Shown: positions 50,288-61,737, counted from the first letter of the stretch. The stretch is DNA of 64,000 nt from a bacterium (GCA_965209155.1 OZ242383.1:3680001-3744000), one strand, 5' to 3'. The notes: generated from the sequence alone by a model not told the origin. A program made the numbers and translations.

Positions 50288-50427
50288 AAGTACCTGTTTT
50301 GAGGTTTCAAAATGTCGATTGATCTACACCAGGATCAAATGATATATAGAAGTGCCCGTAACAGACAAGTTAAAATTACGAAACTCTCAGGGATTTTTGC
50401 TCTTTTCCTTGTTGCAGACAGGATTAT

Positions 50428-51129
50428 TCATTCTGCTACTTCAAGGGCAATTTCTATCATACCAGTCAAGGCGGTTTGTCGAGCTTCTGGTGATTCTGAT
50501 TCTTTAGTAATCAGATTGTCACTGACTGAAAGGATGGTCAAAGCGTTGACGTTGAACCTGGCGGCCAGGGTATAGAGCGCTGCCGTTTCCATTTCAATTG
50601 CGAGGACTCCATAGGCTGCCCAAGGTTTCCAATGATCCGGATTGTCGTGATAAAACCAGTCGCTGCTCAGGATATTGCCGACTTTCGCGTCAACACCTTT
50701 TTGTGAAGCTACATCAACTGCCTTTTTGAGCAAATCATAACTGGCGGAAGGCGCGTAATTTCCTCCCGGAAAACGTATGTTGTTCATGTTGGAATCCGTC
50801 GATGCGCACATGGCTAACAATATGTCTCGTAAATGCAGATTCCCCTGAATCGCTCCGCAGGTGCCGATTCGTATTAAGTTGGTAACGCCATAGGAGGAGA
50901 TCAGTTCGTTGACGTAAATGGAATGGGAAGGCAGTCCCATCCCGGTTCCCTGGACAGACACTTTTTTTCCTTTGTAGGTACCGGTAAACCCATACATCCC
51001 TCGAATTTGGTTGTAGCACACGGCATTTTCCAGCATCGACTCCGCTACGTACCTGGCTCGCAAAGGATCTCCCGGAAGTAATACGGTTTGGGCTATGTCT
51101 CCGGGTTTGGCGCCAATGTGAATGCTCAT
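50428..51129 (-). CDS. deoD: Purine nucleoside phosphorylase
   Basis: [23 protein letters not shown]. Confidence 0.96.
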   Translation of the reverse strand: MSIHIGAKPGDIAQTVLLPGDPLRARYVAESMLENAVCYNQIRGMYGFTGTYKGKKVSVQGTGMGLPSHSIYVNELISSYGVTNLIRIGTCGAIQGNLHLRDILLAMCASTDSNMNNIRFPGGNYAPSASYDLLKKAVDVASQKGVDAKVGNILSSDWFYHDNPDHWKPWAAYGVLAIEMETAALYTLAARFNVNALTILSVSDNLITKESESPEARQTALTGMIEIALEVAE

Positions 51130-51257
51130 TTTCAGTGCTTCTCTTCAATGAGTTGTCTAATTTTTACGAATGCGATAAATTCAGGAAAAATATAAAGGAG
51201 ACTTTTAGGAATGGCAAGAGGATTGTCAGCAACGCATAACAAGTGAATGGAGCGTTT

Positions 51258-52154
51258 ATGAATATCTTGATAACCGGTTCTTCGGGTTTGGTAGGTGCGC
51301 GCTTGGTTACTTCTCTTGCTGAAAACGGGCACTCCGTATCTTGCTTGGTACGCACTTCTGAAAACATGAGATCCCATGATTTTTATTGGAACCCGGCTCA
51401 AGGAGTTTTGCCGGTAGAACACCTGGAAGGTCTTGATGCTGTTGTTCATTTAGCTGGCGAGAGCATCGCTGGAGGACGATGGACGCAAACGAAGAAATCC
51501 CGGATATTATTCAGTCGCGCAAACAGCACTCGGCTATTGTGTGAAACGTTGCTTGCTTTAAAACATCCCCCCCACACGCTGATTTCGGCCTCGGCAATGG
51601 GTTATTACGGTCATCGGGGGAAGGAAGTTCTGGAAGAAACCAGTGTTGCCGGTACCGGCTTTCTTGCTGATGTGGCAAAACAATGGGAAAAGGCTACCAT
51701 ACCTGCCCGGCAGGCCGGCATTCGTGTCGTCCTGTTGCGCTTTGGTATGATTCTTAGCACGGATGGTGGTGCTCTGAAAAATATGCTGATTCCATTTCGA
51801 TGGGGTTTGGGAGGACGAATTGGAGAGGGTGGGCAGTATATGAGCTGGATTACGTTGGAAGACGTCATGTCCGTGATTGCCCATGTCCTGAAAACAAAAA
51901 AACTGCAAGGGCCGGTCAACGTGAGTACGCCGCATCCTGTCACGAATCTCGAATTCACAAAAATTCTGGGGCGCATCCTGGGGCGTCCGACGATTTTTCC
52001 CGTACCCACTCCCCTGGTACGACTGGCATTGGGGGAAATGGGAATCGAACTTTTCCTTGCCAGCATCCGCATGCAGCCGAAATGCCTGTTGGAAATTGGT
52101 TTTGGCTTTCGATACCCGGACCTCGAAGCCGCTTTGCGAAATTTGTTAAAATGA
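51258..52154 (+). CDS. TIGR01777/YfcH-family NAD-dependent epimerase-like protein
   Basis: ITGSSGLVG, HLAGESI, SAMGYYG, GQYMSWI. Confidence 0.9.
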   Translation: MNILITGSSGLVGARLVTSLAENGHSVSCLVRTSENMRSHDFYWNPAQGVLPVEHLEGLDAVVHLAGESIAGGRWTQTKKSRILFSRANSTRLLCETLLALKHPPHTLISASAMGYYGHRGKEVLEETSVAGTGFLADVAKQWEKATIPARQAGIRVVLLRFGMILSTDGGALKNMLIPFRWGLGGRIGEGGQYMSWITLEDVMSVIAHVLKTKKLQGPVNVSTPHPVTNLEFTKILGRILGRPTIFPVPTPLVRLALGEMGIELFLASIRMQPKCLLEIGFGFRYPDLEAALRNLLK

Positions 52155-52181
52155 TTTGAACCAGAAGATCGAGGATTCAAA

Positions 52182-53363
52182 ATGGCTGGGAGCATTCGAG
52201 TTGTGCCAGGGTATTCCTGGTTCGGAAAAAATATAGGAATCAAGGACGAATCCCTGGATTTTGGGGGGATTCTTGCTTCGAAACCCTGTCAGGCTGCAGG
52301 TCTGTTCACACGCAATTCCATGCCTGGAGCCCCTGTTCTGGTAGGGAAAGAACATCTTGCTGATGGGCTCTTGCAGGCAATCATCGTCAATTCAAAAAAT
52401 GCGAATGTGGCCACAGGAGAACGAGGTATCCAAGACTGCAGGACCTTGTGCCAATGGATTGCGCAGGTTTTAAATATTACCCCGCAACTGATTCTTCCCT
52501 CTTCCACCGGGGTGATTGGCCAATACCTGAACATGGAAACGTTCAGGGACGCCTGTCGAACCTTGCCCTCGGATTTCGGCCAGACTCCACAACACGTCGA
52601 AGACTTTGCTCGAAGCATCATGACCACCGATACGCGACCCAAATGGACCAGCGCCACCCTCAATGGTGCGACCTTGCTGGGGGTGGCTAAAGGCGCCGGT
52701 ATGATCGAACCGAATATGGCTACCATGCTGTGTTATTTTATGACGGACGCTGAGATCGAGGCGTCTCTCTTACAACCGATGCTGCAACGCGTGGTCCAGC
52801 GATCCTTCAATCGCATCTCCATCGATTCCGATATGTCAACCAGCGATACCGTAGTGATCCTGTCGAACGGATTGGCCGGGAGAGTCGATCTGGATATTTT
52901 TGAATCAGCATTGGCGGAAATGGCAATTTTTCTGGCAAAAGAATTGGTGCGTGACGGAGAAGGCGTCAGTAAATTGATTGAATTAACGATTTCTGGAGCT
53001 GCCTCTGCTGATCAAGCGCTATTGACGGCAAAGTCGGTGATCAATTCTCCCTTGGTCAAAACGGCGATTTATGGAGCGGATCCGAATTGGGGACGTTTCA
53101 TCATGGCCATTGGAAAAGTATTCCAGTACACAGTAAAGCTGGAGGATTTGAAGATCTTCTTTGGAACGGGTTCTCAACGACTCGGTATCGATGCTCAAAA
53201 AATCAACGAAGACGTCGTTCCTTTGACTGAAATTTCAGAAATGCTTGAAAAGGAAGAGATTCAAATTGAAATTTCGTTGGGATGTGGGCCACATTCAGAA
53301 AGAGTGTGGGGCTGTGACCTGACTGAGAGTTATGTGGAAGTAAATGCCTGTTATACGACTTGA
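52182..53363 (+). CDS. argJ: Ornithine acetyltransferase
   Basis: STGVIG, IMTTDT, AKGAGMIEPNMATML, DGEG, DPNWGR. Confidence 0.95.
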   Translation: MAGSIRVVPGYSWFGKNIGIKDESLDFGGILASKPCQAAGLFTRNSMPGAPVLVGKEHLADGLLQAIIVNSKNANVATGERGIQDCRTLCQWIAQVLNITPQLILPSSTGVIGQYLNMETFRDACRTLPSDFGQTPQHVEDFARSIMTTDTRPKWTSATLNGATLLGVAKGAGMIEPNMATMLCYFMTDAEIEASLLQPMLQRVVQRSFNRISIDSDMSTSDTVVILSNGLAGRVDLDIFESALAEMAIFLAKELVRDGEGVSKLIELTISGAASADQALLTAKSVINSPLVKTAIYGADPNWGRFIMAIGKVFQYTVKLEDLKIFFGTGSQRLGIDAQKINEDVVPLTEISEMLEKEEIQIEISLGCGPHSERVWGCDLTESYVEVNACYTT

Positions 53364-53484
53364 ATTGTCGTCTTGACCGGCAACGGAGGGGCATTGGATC
53401 GCTGGAGCTTAAGGCAGCGCATTAAGAACCTGTTTGAAAGTCATTTAATTGCTCAATATCCGCAGGGTCTTCAGGAAAAATGCT

Positions 53485-54534
53485 TCACAAGGTCCGGGGA
53501 TCAATGGAGACCCAACGCTGTTCAGCAGCAGCTTTGTTGATTGCTTCCATCACATAACTACGGTAGGCGGCTTCGCGGACGCTGACCAGGGGTTCGGTAT
53601 GGTTGCGAACAACGGCGTTCATAAAAAGATCGAGCGGCGAGGGCATGACTTCGGGTAAGTCGGTCCACGGTTGCTTTCCGTCTGCGCACGGCATATCCTT
53701 GATCAGGAGGAAGAGATCATTTTGGGTATCGTGGTGCGGCGTTCCGGCAGTCCCGCGTATTTGAGCGTGTCCCCCGGTTCCACTGATGATCAACGAGGTC
53801 GGTTCCACCCAATCAAGCCAGCCCGCGGCAATACTGGCCAGGGTGCCATTATCGAAGCGCAGGAGGGCTTCCCCGCATTCTTCACAATCGGGATACTTCT
53901 TCAAGGGCCGGGTGAAGACGGCCGTAACCGCCTCCAATTCAGCAAGATCGTCCATCAGGTAAAGAAGCAGGTCCAACAGGTGAGTGCCCAAGTCACCAAA
54001 AGCGCCGACTCCCGCTCGAGCAGGGTCGGTCATCCAGAGCCAATCCGAATGGAAGATGTCGTTGAAAATCGCCGTCGTTCCGAAATCCAGTCGCACCCGG
54101 CTGATTTTGCCGAATCTGCATTCTTTCATCAATTGTCTGAGGAATCGATGTTCCGGGAGGTATCGCTTGAAATAGCCTGTTTGGAAAATCACGTTCGCCT
54201 CTTCCAGGGCTTGCTTCATCTTCTTTCCGTCCGCCAGTCCCATTGCCAACGGTTTCTCCACGAAACAGTGCTTTTTCGCCTCCGCTATTTGCAGGACCAG
54301 TGACTGGTGGAGATTGGTTTGCGATAAAACCACAACGGCCTCCAAGTCCGGGATGTTGAGCAGTGACGAGACCTCCGACATGGAACGACAGTGGAGTTTG
54401 TCGGCGTATTTTTGCGAGATGGCGGGATCAGGATCCCAAACGGCCACTACCTCCACGTCGGAGCGTGCGCCCATTATTTCGGAAAAACCAGGCGTGTGAA
54501 TATGACTCGCCCCCAGGAGCGCAAATTTTTTCAT
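53485..54534 (-). CDS. Gfo/Idh/MocA family oxidoreductase
   Basis: VEKPLA, GDLGTH. Confidence 0.9.
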   Translation of the reverse strand: MKKFALLGASHIHTPGFSEIMGARSDVEVVAVWDPDPAISQKYADKLHCRSMSEVSSLLNIPDLEAVVVLSQTNLHQSLVLQIAEAKKHCFVEKPLAMGLADGKKMKQALEEANVIFQTGYFKRYLPEHRFLRQLMKECRFGKISRVRLDFGTTAIFNDIFHSDWLWMTDPARAGVGAFGDLGTHLLDLLLYLMDDLAELEAVTAVFTRPLKKYPDCEECGEALLRFDNGTLASIAAGWLDWVEPTSLIISGTGGHAQIRGTAGTPHHDTQNDLFLLIKDMPCADGKQPWTDLPEVMPSPLDLFMNAVVRNHTEPLVSVREAAYRSYVMEAINKAAAEQRWVSIDPRTL

Positions 54535-54786
54535 GAGTAAATTCCTTCAAATAGTTTGGATAAAAAATCAAGGTCTCTTGAAAAATAAAAAGTATCCAGA
54601 TATTTTTCAATACGAAGTTCACGAGTTGCCATAGATCTCGGCTAAAACAACTTCCAAAGACCTCGGAGGGATTGAAGCAAAAGACCAGGGACAAAGCCGG
54701 TGAAGTGGAGACTTGAAAATTCGGGAGTAAAATAAATTTTGAAAAAAAGTATCTGTAAATTCAGTAGAATCGAGGCGTAAAATCAC

Positions 54787-57291
54787 ATGAAAGCAGTTCT
54801 GAAATGGCTGGCGTGGGCGTTGTTCACCCTTCTGGGTCTGGTTGTGGTGGCAGCCCCCAGTTTTTATTTCTGGCTTCGTGGTTCACTCCCCGAGATCAAT
54901 GGCGAGCGAACTCTGGCTGGTCTTGTTGAACCCGTGGAGGTGGTGCGAGACGAGTTCGGGGTTCCTCATATAATGGCTGAAAACGAGGAGGACGCTCTTT
55001 TCGCGCTTGGTTTTGTGCATGCTCAAGATCGTCTCTGGCAGATGGAAATGAATCGACGCATTGGCGCAGGGCGCCTTTCCGAAGTACTTGGTTCGCCTGC
55101 CCTCGAAACCGATCGCCTGCTGAGGGTGCTTGGACTCTATCACCGTGCGGAGGCTTCACTGGAACACTTCAGTGCGCATTCGAACCGTAAACTCGCTGCC
55201 TACGTTCATGGAGTGAACGCATGGCTCGAAACCCGAGAAGGACCATTGCCACCCGAATTTCTGATTCTCGGCTTCGAACCGGAACCCTGGAGCGCTGCCG
55301 ATTCGGCAGTATGGCCCAAAGTGATGTCCCTTGACCTCGCGCGAGAATGGACACGCGATCAAATGCGTTTCCGACTTTCCAAATTACTCACGCCAGAGCA
55401 GATTCTCGATTTCTATACGCCCTATCAGTCAGACAAACCGAGGGGAGTTGTTCCTGAAGTATCGGACTCTTCATCTGTACCCTTGTGGGAAAGCGATGAA
55501 TCGTCCCCGGAAAAAAGTTCGATTGCGTGGTTTGCACCGGGTTATCCCGGGACAGAGCTGGGCGATATGCCATCTTCCGAGCATTTTATCTCCCAAATGC
55601 TGTCCGCGTTTCCACCGCCTGGAGGTCATTCCGGTTCCAATAGTTGGATAGTCGACGGGAGACGAAGCTCCACAGGCAAACCCCTCCTGGCAAATGATCC
55701 CCACTTGGGACTCACGGCGCCTTCGGTCTGGTACCTGGTACACCTTTCCTGGCCTGGCCACGAGCTTGTCGGCGCGACTTTTCCCGGCATGCCGGTGGTG
55801 GTCCTCGGACACAATGGTCACATCGCTTGGGGATTCACCAACACGGGACCGGACGTGCAGGACCTGTTCATGGAAAAAATCGATCCATCCGATCGGTTGC
55901 GTTACCAGACTCCCAATGGATGGCGCAAGTTTGAAGTGCGTCGGGAGCGCATACGGGTCAAAAACAGTGAAGACGTATTGCTGGACGTGCGTCATTCAAG
56001 GTACGGTCCCATTCTCGACGACGCCTTGGCCGGACCATCCGACGACGATGATACCGGGCAAGTATTCGCGCTATCATGGACTGCGCTTCGTGAAGACGAC
56101 CTCACTCTACAGGCCGGTCTCGGACTGCCAAAAACGCGCGACTGGGAAAGCTTTGTGAGCAACATGCGAGACTTTCATTCTCCGCAACTGAATATCAGTT
56201 ACGCCGATGTACACGGCAACATCGGGTTTCTCGCTCCCGGACTGGTTCCGATACGGAGAGAAAAAAGTGAGCACCGCAGAGGAATGATGCCTCGGCCAGG
56301 GTGGGAAGAAGGCTTCGAATGGCAAGGATTCGTACCCTTCGAAGAATTGCCTCGGGTCTACAACCCTGCAGGTGGTGTAATCTTCAGCGCAAATCACCAG
56401 ATCGTCTCCGACGATTATCCTCATCATATGACCTTCGAATGGGCAGGGGGATACCGGGCGCAGAGAATCATGGAATGGCTCGAGTTGCGCGAAAAACACG
56501 ATTTGGAGAGTTTTCGAGACTTGCAGCAGGATCGGTTGTCCTTTTTCGCAAAAACGATCCTCCCTCGCTTGCGGCGGGTGGATATAGGAAAGGATGCGAC
56601 TCAATTGACCTCAGACGCGCATGAACTGCTCCATGGATGGGAGGGGACAATGGATCCACTCCGTCCGGAACCGCTCATTTTTCACGCCTGGATCTGGGAA
56701 TTCGGTCGTCTTGTTTCCGCGGACGAATTGGGCTCATTCCAGCAAAAGGCCTGGAGACGACAAGGACCTTTCATCCAACGAATTCTTCAAGAGCGGGAAA
56801 GCTGGTGTGACGACCGTGAGAGCGAGGCAATCGAAACCTGCGAGCAAATGCTCAGCCGGTCGCTCGCAGTTGCCATGGAACGAATCGCTCGCGATCATGG
56901 AACCGACCCCAATGCCTGGAGTTGGGGTAAAGAACACGTCGTAGTATCGGAACACCGGCCATTTGGAAATACGCCGCTGGCCCCTCTTTTCAACTTGAGT
57001 GGCAGCGCTCCTGGCAGTATCTACAGCGTCAATGCATTCGGATTCAGCCCTCTTCAAGACGAGCAACCTTTCACCAGCAACCATGGACCGGGTTTCAGGG
57101 CCATCTACGACCTCGGCAACCTCGATCGTTCGCTTTTCATCCTTTCAACGGGTCAATCGGGAAACGTGCTGACGTCTCTCTATCACAACTTGGAGAAGCT
57201 CTGGCTGAAGGGTGAGTACATCACCATCCCCACGGATCGCGCTGAATTTGAAAAAAATGCGCGGGGTCATCTTCGCCTCGTTCCACCCTGA
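54787..57291 (+). CDS. Penicillin acylase family (peptidase S45) Ntn-hydrolase
   Basis: RDEFGVPHI, HAQDRLWQME, G/SNSW cleavage site, LANDPHL, GQSGN. Confidence 0.94.
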   Translation: MKAVLKWLAWALFTLLGLVVVAAPSFYFWLRGSLPEINGERTLAGLVEPVEVVRDEFGVPHIMAENEEDALFALGFVHAQDRLWQMEMNRRIGAGRLSEVLGSPALETDRLLRVLGLYHRAEASLEHFSAHSNRKLAAYVHGVNAWLETREGPLPPEFLILGFEPEPWSAADSAVWPKVMSLDLAREWTRDQMRFRLSKLLTPEQILDFYTPYQSDKPRGVVPEVSDSSSVPLWESDESSPEKSSIAWFAPGYPGTELGDMPSSEHFISQMLSAFPPPGGHSGSNSWIVDGRRSSTGKPLLANDPHLGLTAPSVWYLVHLSWPGHELVGATFPGMPVVVLGHNGHIAWGFTNTGPDVQDLFMEKIDPSDRLRYQTPNGWRKFEVRRERIRVKNSEDVLLDVRHSRYGPILDDALAGPSDDDDTGQVFALSWTALREDDLTLQAGLGLPKTRDWESFVSNMRDFHSPQLNISYADVHGNIGFLAPGLVPIRREKSEHRRGMMPRPGWEEGFEWQGFVPFEELPRVYNPAGGVIFSANHQIVSDDYPHHMTFEWAGGYRAQRIMEWLELREKHDLESFRDLQQDRLSFFAKTILPRLRRVDIGKDATQLTSDAHELLHGWEGTMDPLRPEPLIFHAWIWEFGRLVSADELGSFQQKAWRRQGPFIQRILQERESWCDDRESEAIETCEQMLSRSLAVAMERIARDHGTDPNAWSWGKEHVVVSEHRPFGNTPLAPLFNLSGSAPGSIYSVNAFGFSPLQDEQPFTSNHGPGFRAIYDLGNLDRSLFILSTGQSGNVLTSLYHNLEKLWLKGEYITIPTDRAEFEKNARGHLRLVPP

Positions 57292-57487
57292 GCGATTTAT
57301 CCGGGCTTTTGAGTGCTGCTCAAAAAGAGTTTATTGTTTCACCTCTTTCATTGTTTTTTTACTAAATTGTCTCTTGACCTCCCTCAATAACTTGGGTATT
57401 TCTAACAGGTGAATTTTATAAATCGTTTCCACGCAATGAACGGGAACGCATTGGTTGATCTTACCCATCAGCCGGAATTTTAATCTC

Positions 57488-58039
57488 TTCGGGTCTAATT
57501 CCCCGAAGCTTGCTTCGCTTTTTCGTGTGGTGTATTTTCGCTCTCATGAGCGAATATATCCACAAAAGTCATAACGTTTCGGTATTATTGTACCATTTGG
57601 TTTGTCCGGCTAAATACCGTCGAGTAGTGTTCACCGATGAGGTGGATATGACTCTAAAAGAGATTAGCTTGGAAATTGCTCAGCGTTACGAGATTGCATT
57701 TATTGAGATAGGAACAGATCGGGATCATGTCCATTTCTTGATCCAATCAGTCCCTTCATATAGTCCAACAAAGATTGTAAAGACAGTCAAAAGTATTACA
57801 GCTAAAGAAATTTTCAAAAGAGTGCCCTCCATCAAAAAGCAGCTATGGGGCGGCGAATTCTGGTCAAAGGGATACTTCATCAGCACTGTTGGGCGACATG
57901 CTGCAAGCGAAGATGCTATTCGCCAGTATGTAAAAAATCAAGGTTCTGAAAACGAGTATCAAAAGCTCCATCATCAGCAATTAGAGTTGGAGTTGTGCTG
58001 AGTTCCGATACCCCGTAGCTCTGCTGCGGGGTAGTTCAT
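57488..58039 (+). mobile_element. IS200-type insertion sequence (tnpA only)
   Basis: Left hairpin ttcggg...cccgaagcttgcttcg, right hairpin taccccgtagc-tct-gctgcggggta followed by gttcat. Confidence 0.85.
57546..58001 (+). CDS. tnpA: IS200/IS605 HUH (Y1) transposase
   Basis: YHLVCPAKYR, DHVH HUH motif, LWGGEFWSKGYF, IRQYVKNQ. Confidence 0.95.
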   Translation: MSEYIHKSHNVSVLLYHLVCPAKYRRVVFTDEVDMTLKEISLEIAQRYEIAFIEIGTDRDHVHFLIQSVPSYSPTKIVKTVKSITAKEIFKRVPSIKKQLWGGEFWSKGYFISTVGRHAASEDAIRQYVKNQGSENEYQKLHHQQLELELC

Positions 58040-58065
58040 TTGTTTAATTGAAGGAGGACTTTCAA

Positions 58066-59586
58066 ATGAAAATCATGTCAAAATCGATTTCCCGGATATT
58101 AACGGGCATAGTAATGGTAGCGTTCGTTTTCGTCGGCGGCAGTAGCTTCGCGGAGTCAGTGGAAATGACAATCATTCACTTCAACGATCTGGACCGTATG
58201 GAAGAAAGCGGAGGGCAAGGCGGTGTCGCCCGCCTTGCCGCCCTCATCAAATCCGAACGGGCGAACAAAGAGAACGTTTTGGTCACTTTTGCAGGAGACA
58301 CGATTTCCCCGTCCCTCATGTCGGGTTTCGATAAGGGAGCTCACATGATCGAACTCCTGAACAAGCTCGACCTGACGGCAATGGCGATCGGCAATCACGA
58401 GTACGATTTTGGACCGGAGGTTGCCAAGCAACGTTTTGCGGAAGCGAACTTTCCGATTCTTGGCGCGAACAGTATCGATACGGACGGTGAAATCATCGAT
58501 GGCGCAGAGGCTTCGATCATGGTCGACGTTGGCCCTTTCAAGGTTGGAATCTTTGGACTGACGACCCTCGGTACCGCCGTCAAATCCAGTCCGGGTGGAG
58601 TCACGTTCCGTTCAGTCGAGGAAGTGGCAGCGGAACAAGCGGCAGTCCTGCGTGAAGCGGGCGCCCACCTGGTCATCGCGCTGGCTCACACTGACGTCTC
58701 GGAAGATGAAGCGCTGATAAAGCAGGGCGCAGTGGACATGTTGCTCAGTGGTGACGATCACATGCTACGGGTGGACTTCGATGGGGACGTACTTTTCGCC
58801 GAATCGAGCGAACAGGCGGACTGGGTCACCATGATCGACGTTTCGTTGGATGAGGTGGAACGGCGGGGAAGCATGCGCTTCACCTGGAGTCCTTCCATTC
58901 GTATCATCGACACGGCACGCGTCGAACCGGATGCGGAATTGGCAGCAGCAGCTCAGGTTTATCTCGATAAACTTTCCGTGGAACTCGACATAGAAATCGG
59001 GACGACCACCACGGAGCTTGACAGCCGTCGCGCAACCATCCGTGGAAAAGAAGCCGCCATTGGCAACCTGATTGCCGACGCCATACGGATGGCAACCGGC
59101 GCAGACGTGGGACTTGCTAACGGGGGCGGCATTCGCGCCAATAAGATTTATCCACCCGGAACCATGCTGACGAGACGAGACATTCTGAGCGAACTGCCAT
59201 TCGGAAATAAAACAATCGTCATGGAGCTGTCGGGGCGAGACATTGTCGCGGCGTTGGAAAACGGTCTGAGCCAGATCGAAGAGGGAGCCGGTCGATTTCC
59301 CCACGTGTCCGGTCTCAACGTTGTCTACGATCCCGGAAAACCGGCTGGTGAGCGGGTAGTGGAAGTCGAATATGCCGGTATGGCACTCGACCTCGACGCA
59401 ACCTATACCTTGGCGACCAACAATTACGTGGGTAGTGGTGGCGACGGTTTCGACGTTTTCGTAGACAAGAAACGATTGATAGACGCCAACGCGGGAACCT
59501 TGATGGCATCGCAAGTGATTGAATACATTGCCTCGCAAGGTTCTGTCGCTCCTATGGTGGAAGGTCGCCTGCGAACGGTTCAATAG
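58066..59586 (+). CDS. Periplasmic 5'-nucleotidase / metallophosphoesterase
   Basis: Signal peptide, HFND, AGD, GNHE, NGGGIR, LPFGN, GGDGF. Confidence 0.92.
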   Translation: MKIMSKSISRILTGIVMVAFVFVGGSSFAESVEMTIIHFNDLDRMEESGGQGGVARLAALIKSERANKENVLVTFAGDTISPSLMSGFDKGAHMIELLNKLDLTAMAIGNHEYDFGPEVAKQRFAEANFPILGANSIDTDGEIIDGAEASIMVDVGPFKVGIFGLTTLGTAVKSSPGGVTFRSVEEVAAEQAAVLREAGAHLVIALAHTDVSEDEALIKQGAVDMLLSGDDHMLRVDFDGDVLFAESSEQADWVTMIDVSLDEVERRGSMRFTWSPSIRIIDTARVEPDAELAAAAQVYLDKLSVELDIEIGTTTTELDSRRATIRGKEAAIGNLIADAIRMATGADVGLANGGGIRANKIYPPGTMLTRRDILSELPFGNKTIVMELSGRDIVAALENGLSQIEEGAGRFPHVSGLNVVYDPGKPAGERVVEVEYAGMALDLDATYTLATNNYVGSGGDGFDVFVDKKRLIDANAGTLMASQVIEYIASQGSVAPMVEGRLRTVQ

Positions 59587-59679
59587 ATTGGTTTGCGCTC
59601 AATCACGTTCAAGCAGTCGTGATTGAAAATGAGGACGGAGTGGACTTCGAGGACGGTCATTTGTGTGAAGCAACGTTTC

Positions 59680-60465
59680 CTAGAGGTCAATATCCACGCC
59701 GATGGGGCAGTGGTCGGAACCGCGTTCGTCTGGCCAGATGAAGGCGTTCCGTACCCGCTTCATCGCGGCAGGCGAAGCGAGTACGTAGTCGACTCGCCAG
59801 CCGACGTTTCGTTCACGCGTACCACCCCTTTGACTCCACCAGGTATAATGGTCGGGTTCCTCGGGATGAAAGGCACGGAAAGTGTCGACCCATCCTGCTG
59901 CGAGCCAGCGGTCGACTTCAGCCCGCTCCTCAGGAAGGAAACCGCTGCTCTTCACGTTCGATTTCGGGCGCGCCAAATCGATTTCGCAATGAGCCGTGTT
60001 GTAATCCCCAATAACGAGAACGGGATAGCGACGACGAAGACGCTGTACTTTATCGAAGACACGCTGGTAAAATTCGAGTTTGTAGGGCACCCGGCTGTTG
60101 TCCCGTTCCTTGCCACTTCCCTTTGGAAAATAACTGTTGACGATTGCGAAGCGACCAAGATCCGAGCGGAAGTGGGCGGTAATGAAGCGCCCTTCGATGT
60201 CGAATCTCGGGTCGTCCAGCGTGGTTTCCACCTGTTCCGGTTCGAGTTTGGAATAGAGCCCGACCCCGCTGTATCCCCGGCGTTGAGCTGCGGAGAAAAC
60301 GGTGTGCCAACCGGATGGGTGTCGTGCGGCCGACGGAATCTCATCGCTCAAGGCGCGGACTTCCTGTACTCCTATTATGTCGGCCTCGGAGCGCTCGAGA
60401 AATTCCGCAAATCCCTGTTTCACGCAGGCGCGTATACCGTTCACATTCCAACTGATGATTCTCAT
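59680..60465 (-). CDS. xth: Exodeoxyribonuclease III / AP endonuclease
   Basis: SWNVNGIRA, QE, GDYNTAH, YTWWS, GSDHCPI. Confidence 0.95.
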   Translation of the reverse strand: MRIISWNVNGIRACVKQGFAEFLERSEADIIGVQEVRALSDEIPSAARHPSGWHTVFSAAQRRGYSGVGLYSKLEPEQVETTLDDPRFDIEGRFITAHFRSDLGRFAIVNSYFPKGSGKERDNSRVPYKLEFYQRVFDKVQRLRRRYPVLVIGDYNTAHCEIDLARPKSNVKSSGFLPEERAEVDRWLAAGWVDTFRAFHPEEPDHYTWWSQRGGTRERNVGWRVDYVLASPAAMKRVRNAFIWPDERGSDHCPIGVDIDL

Positions 60466-60633
60466 GGATCTACCTCCGGTTCATTGTTCGTGTGGGGGCC
60501 GCATCGACCGGTTTGCAATCAACCTCGATTTTCCCGTCGTCCCCTTCAGTGGTGAATAAAAAAAGCTCTTTTTGTTTTCGGTAGCATCTCTTATTTGATT
60601 CACCAACTTCAAGTCGAATTGAAATTTCATTCA

Positions 60634-61737
60634 TCAAATACGGATCATGACTTTGTTCACTTGATCCGCATAATCCAGGTTCATCCGAAATGCTTCCGGG
60701 GTTTTCTTCAAGGGGAAGCGGTGACTGACGAGGCCCTTCAATTCCACTTGATGGCATTGGGCGAGCCTCAGGCAGCGCGGGTAGGCGTGTTTCATCCGTC
60801 TCGACATCAGAATCTTCAATTCTTTGCGACGGGCGGAGGCATGATTGAACTGAATTCGGTTCTGCGATGAAATTCCCACCAACAGCACCCGACCCGCTGG
60901 CGCAGCCATCAGGATTCCTTCGTTGACGGAATGGTCGCACCAAGCCGCTTCGATACAAATTTCGGCACCATGTCCGTGGGTTTCCTCCTGCAAGATATTT
61001 ACCGGATTTTCATTTCGGAAATTGATCGTACGAAAAGCACCCAATTCTCGGGCCAGGTCGAGGCGCCAGGGAAATTGATCAATCACGTAAACCCGGTCGA
61101 CACCCGAACGCAGGATGAGTTGCAGAATCATGAGACCAACCGCCCCGGCGCCGTGGATTACCACGCATTCTCCCAATTTCGCATTGACCAGGTCCACGGC
61201 ATGAAAGGCCACTCCCAGGGGTTCCAGCAAGGCGCCTTCTTCGGCGTCCAACTCGTCAGGGAGCGGGAAGCAACTGCGCGCTGCGATACGAATGTATTCC
61301 GCCAGGGCCCCCGGGTCGGGAAACACTCCGCAAAAATGCAAACGGTGACAGAGGTTGGGTTGCCCTTGTTCACACATGTGGCAACGGAAACAGGGTTGTG
61401 CCGGATCCACTGCCACTCGGATTCCTGGTCGTAGGGGATTTCCCAGACCATCCAGCGCTTCTGAACCCACGTCCTCCACGATTCCGCTGAACTCATGTCC
61501 GATCACCAATGGTTCAGCAAAATCGGTATCTCCGATGCGCGCGTCCTGGAAAGCATGCAAATCACTGCCGCAAATACCGACCGTCTCGACTTTGATGATC
61601 ACTTCTCCCGTGCGAGGCGCCTCTGGAACCGGAACGTGGTCCATCCGCAAATCACCAGGACCATGCAGCCTGGCCGCCATCATGGATTGCATCATTTTTT
61701 TTCTCGTTGAAGTATGGTTTGCATCATGTTTCCTCAT
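60634..61737 (-). CDS. Zinc-dependent polyol/sorbitol dehydrogenase-like
   Basis: GICGSD, GHEFSG, CFRCHMC...C, GAGAVG; true start may be further downstream. Confidence 0.9.
   Translation of the reverse strand: MRKHDANHTSTRKKMMQSMMAARLHGPGDLRMDHVPVPEAPRTGEVIIKVETVGICGSDLHAFQDARIGDTDFAEPLVIGHEFSGIVEDVGSEALDGLGNPLRPGIRVAVDPAQPCFRCHMCEQGQPNLCHRLHFCGVFPDPGALAEYIRIAARSCFPLPDELDAEEGALLEPLGVAFHAVDLVNAKLGECVVIHGAGAVGLMILQLILRSGVDRVYVIDQFPWRLDLARELGAFRTINFRNENPVNILQEETHGHGAEICIEAAWCDHSVNEGILMAAPAGRVLLVGISSQNRIQFNHASARRKELKILMSRRMKHAYPRCLRLAQCHQVELKGLVSHRFPLKKTPEAFRMNLDYADQVNKVMIRI

Noticed and set aside
58765..60555. ORFs 58765..59583 - and 59623..60555 +
   Set aside because: Antisense shadows of the nucleotidase and xth
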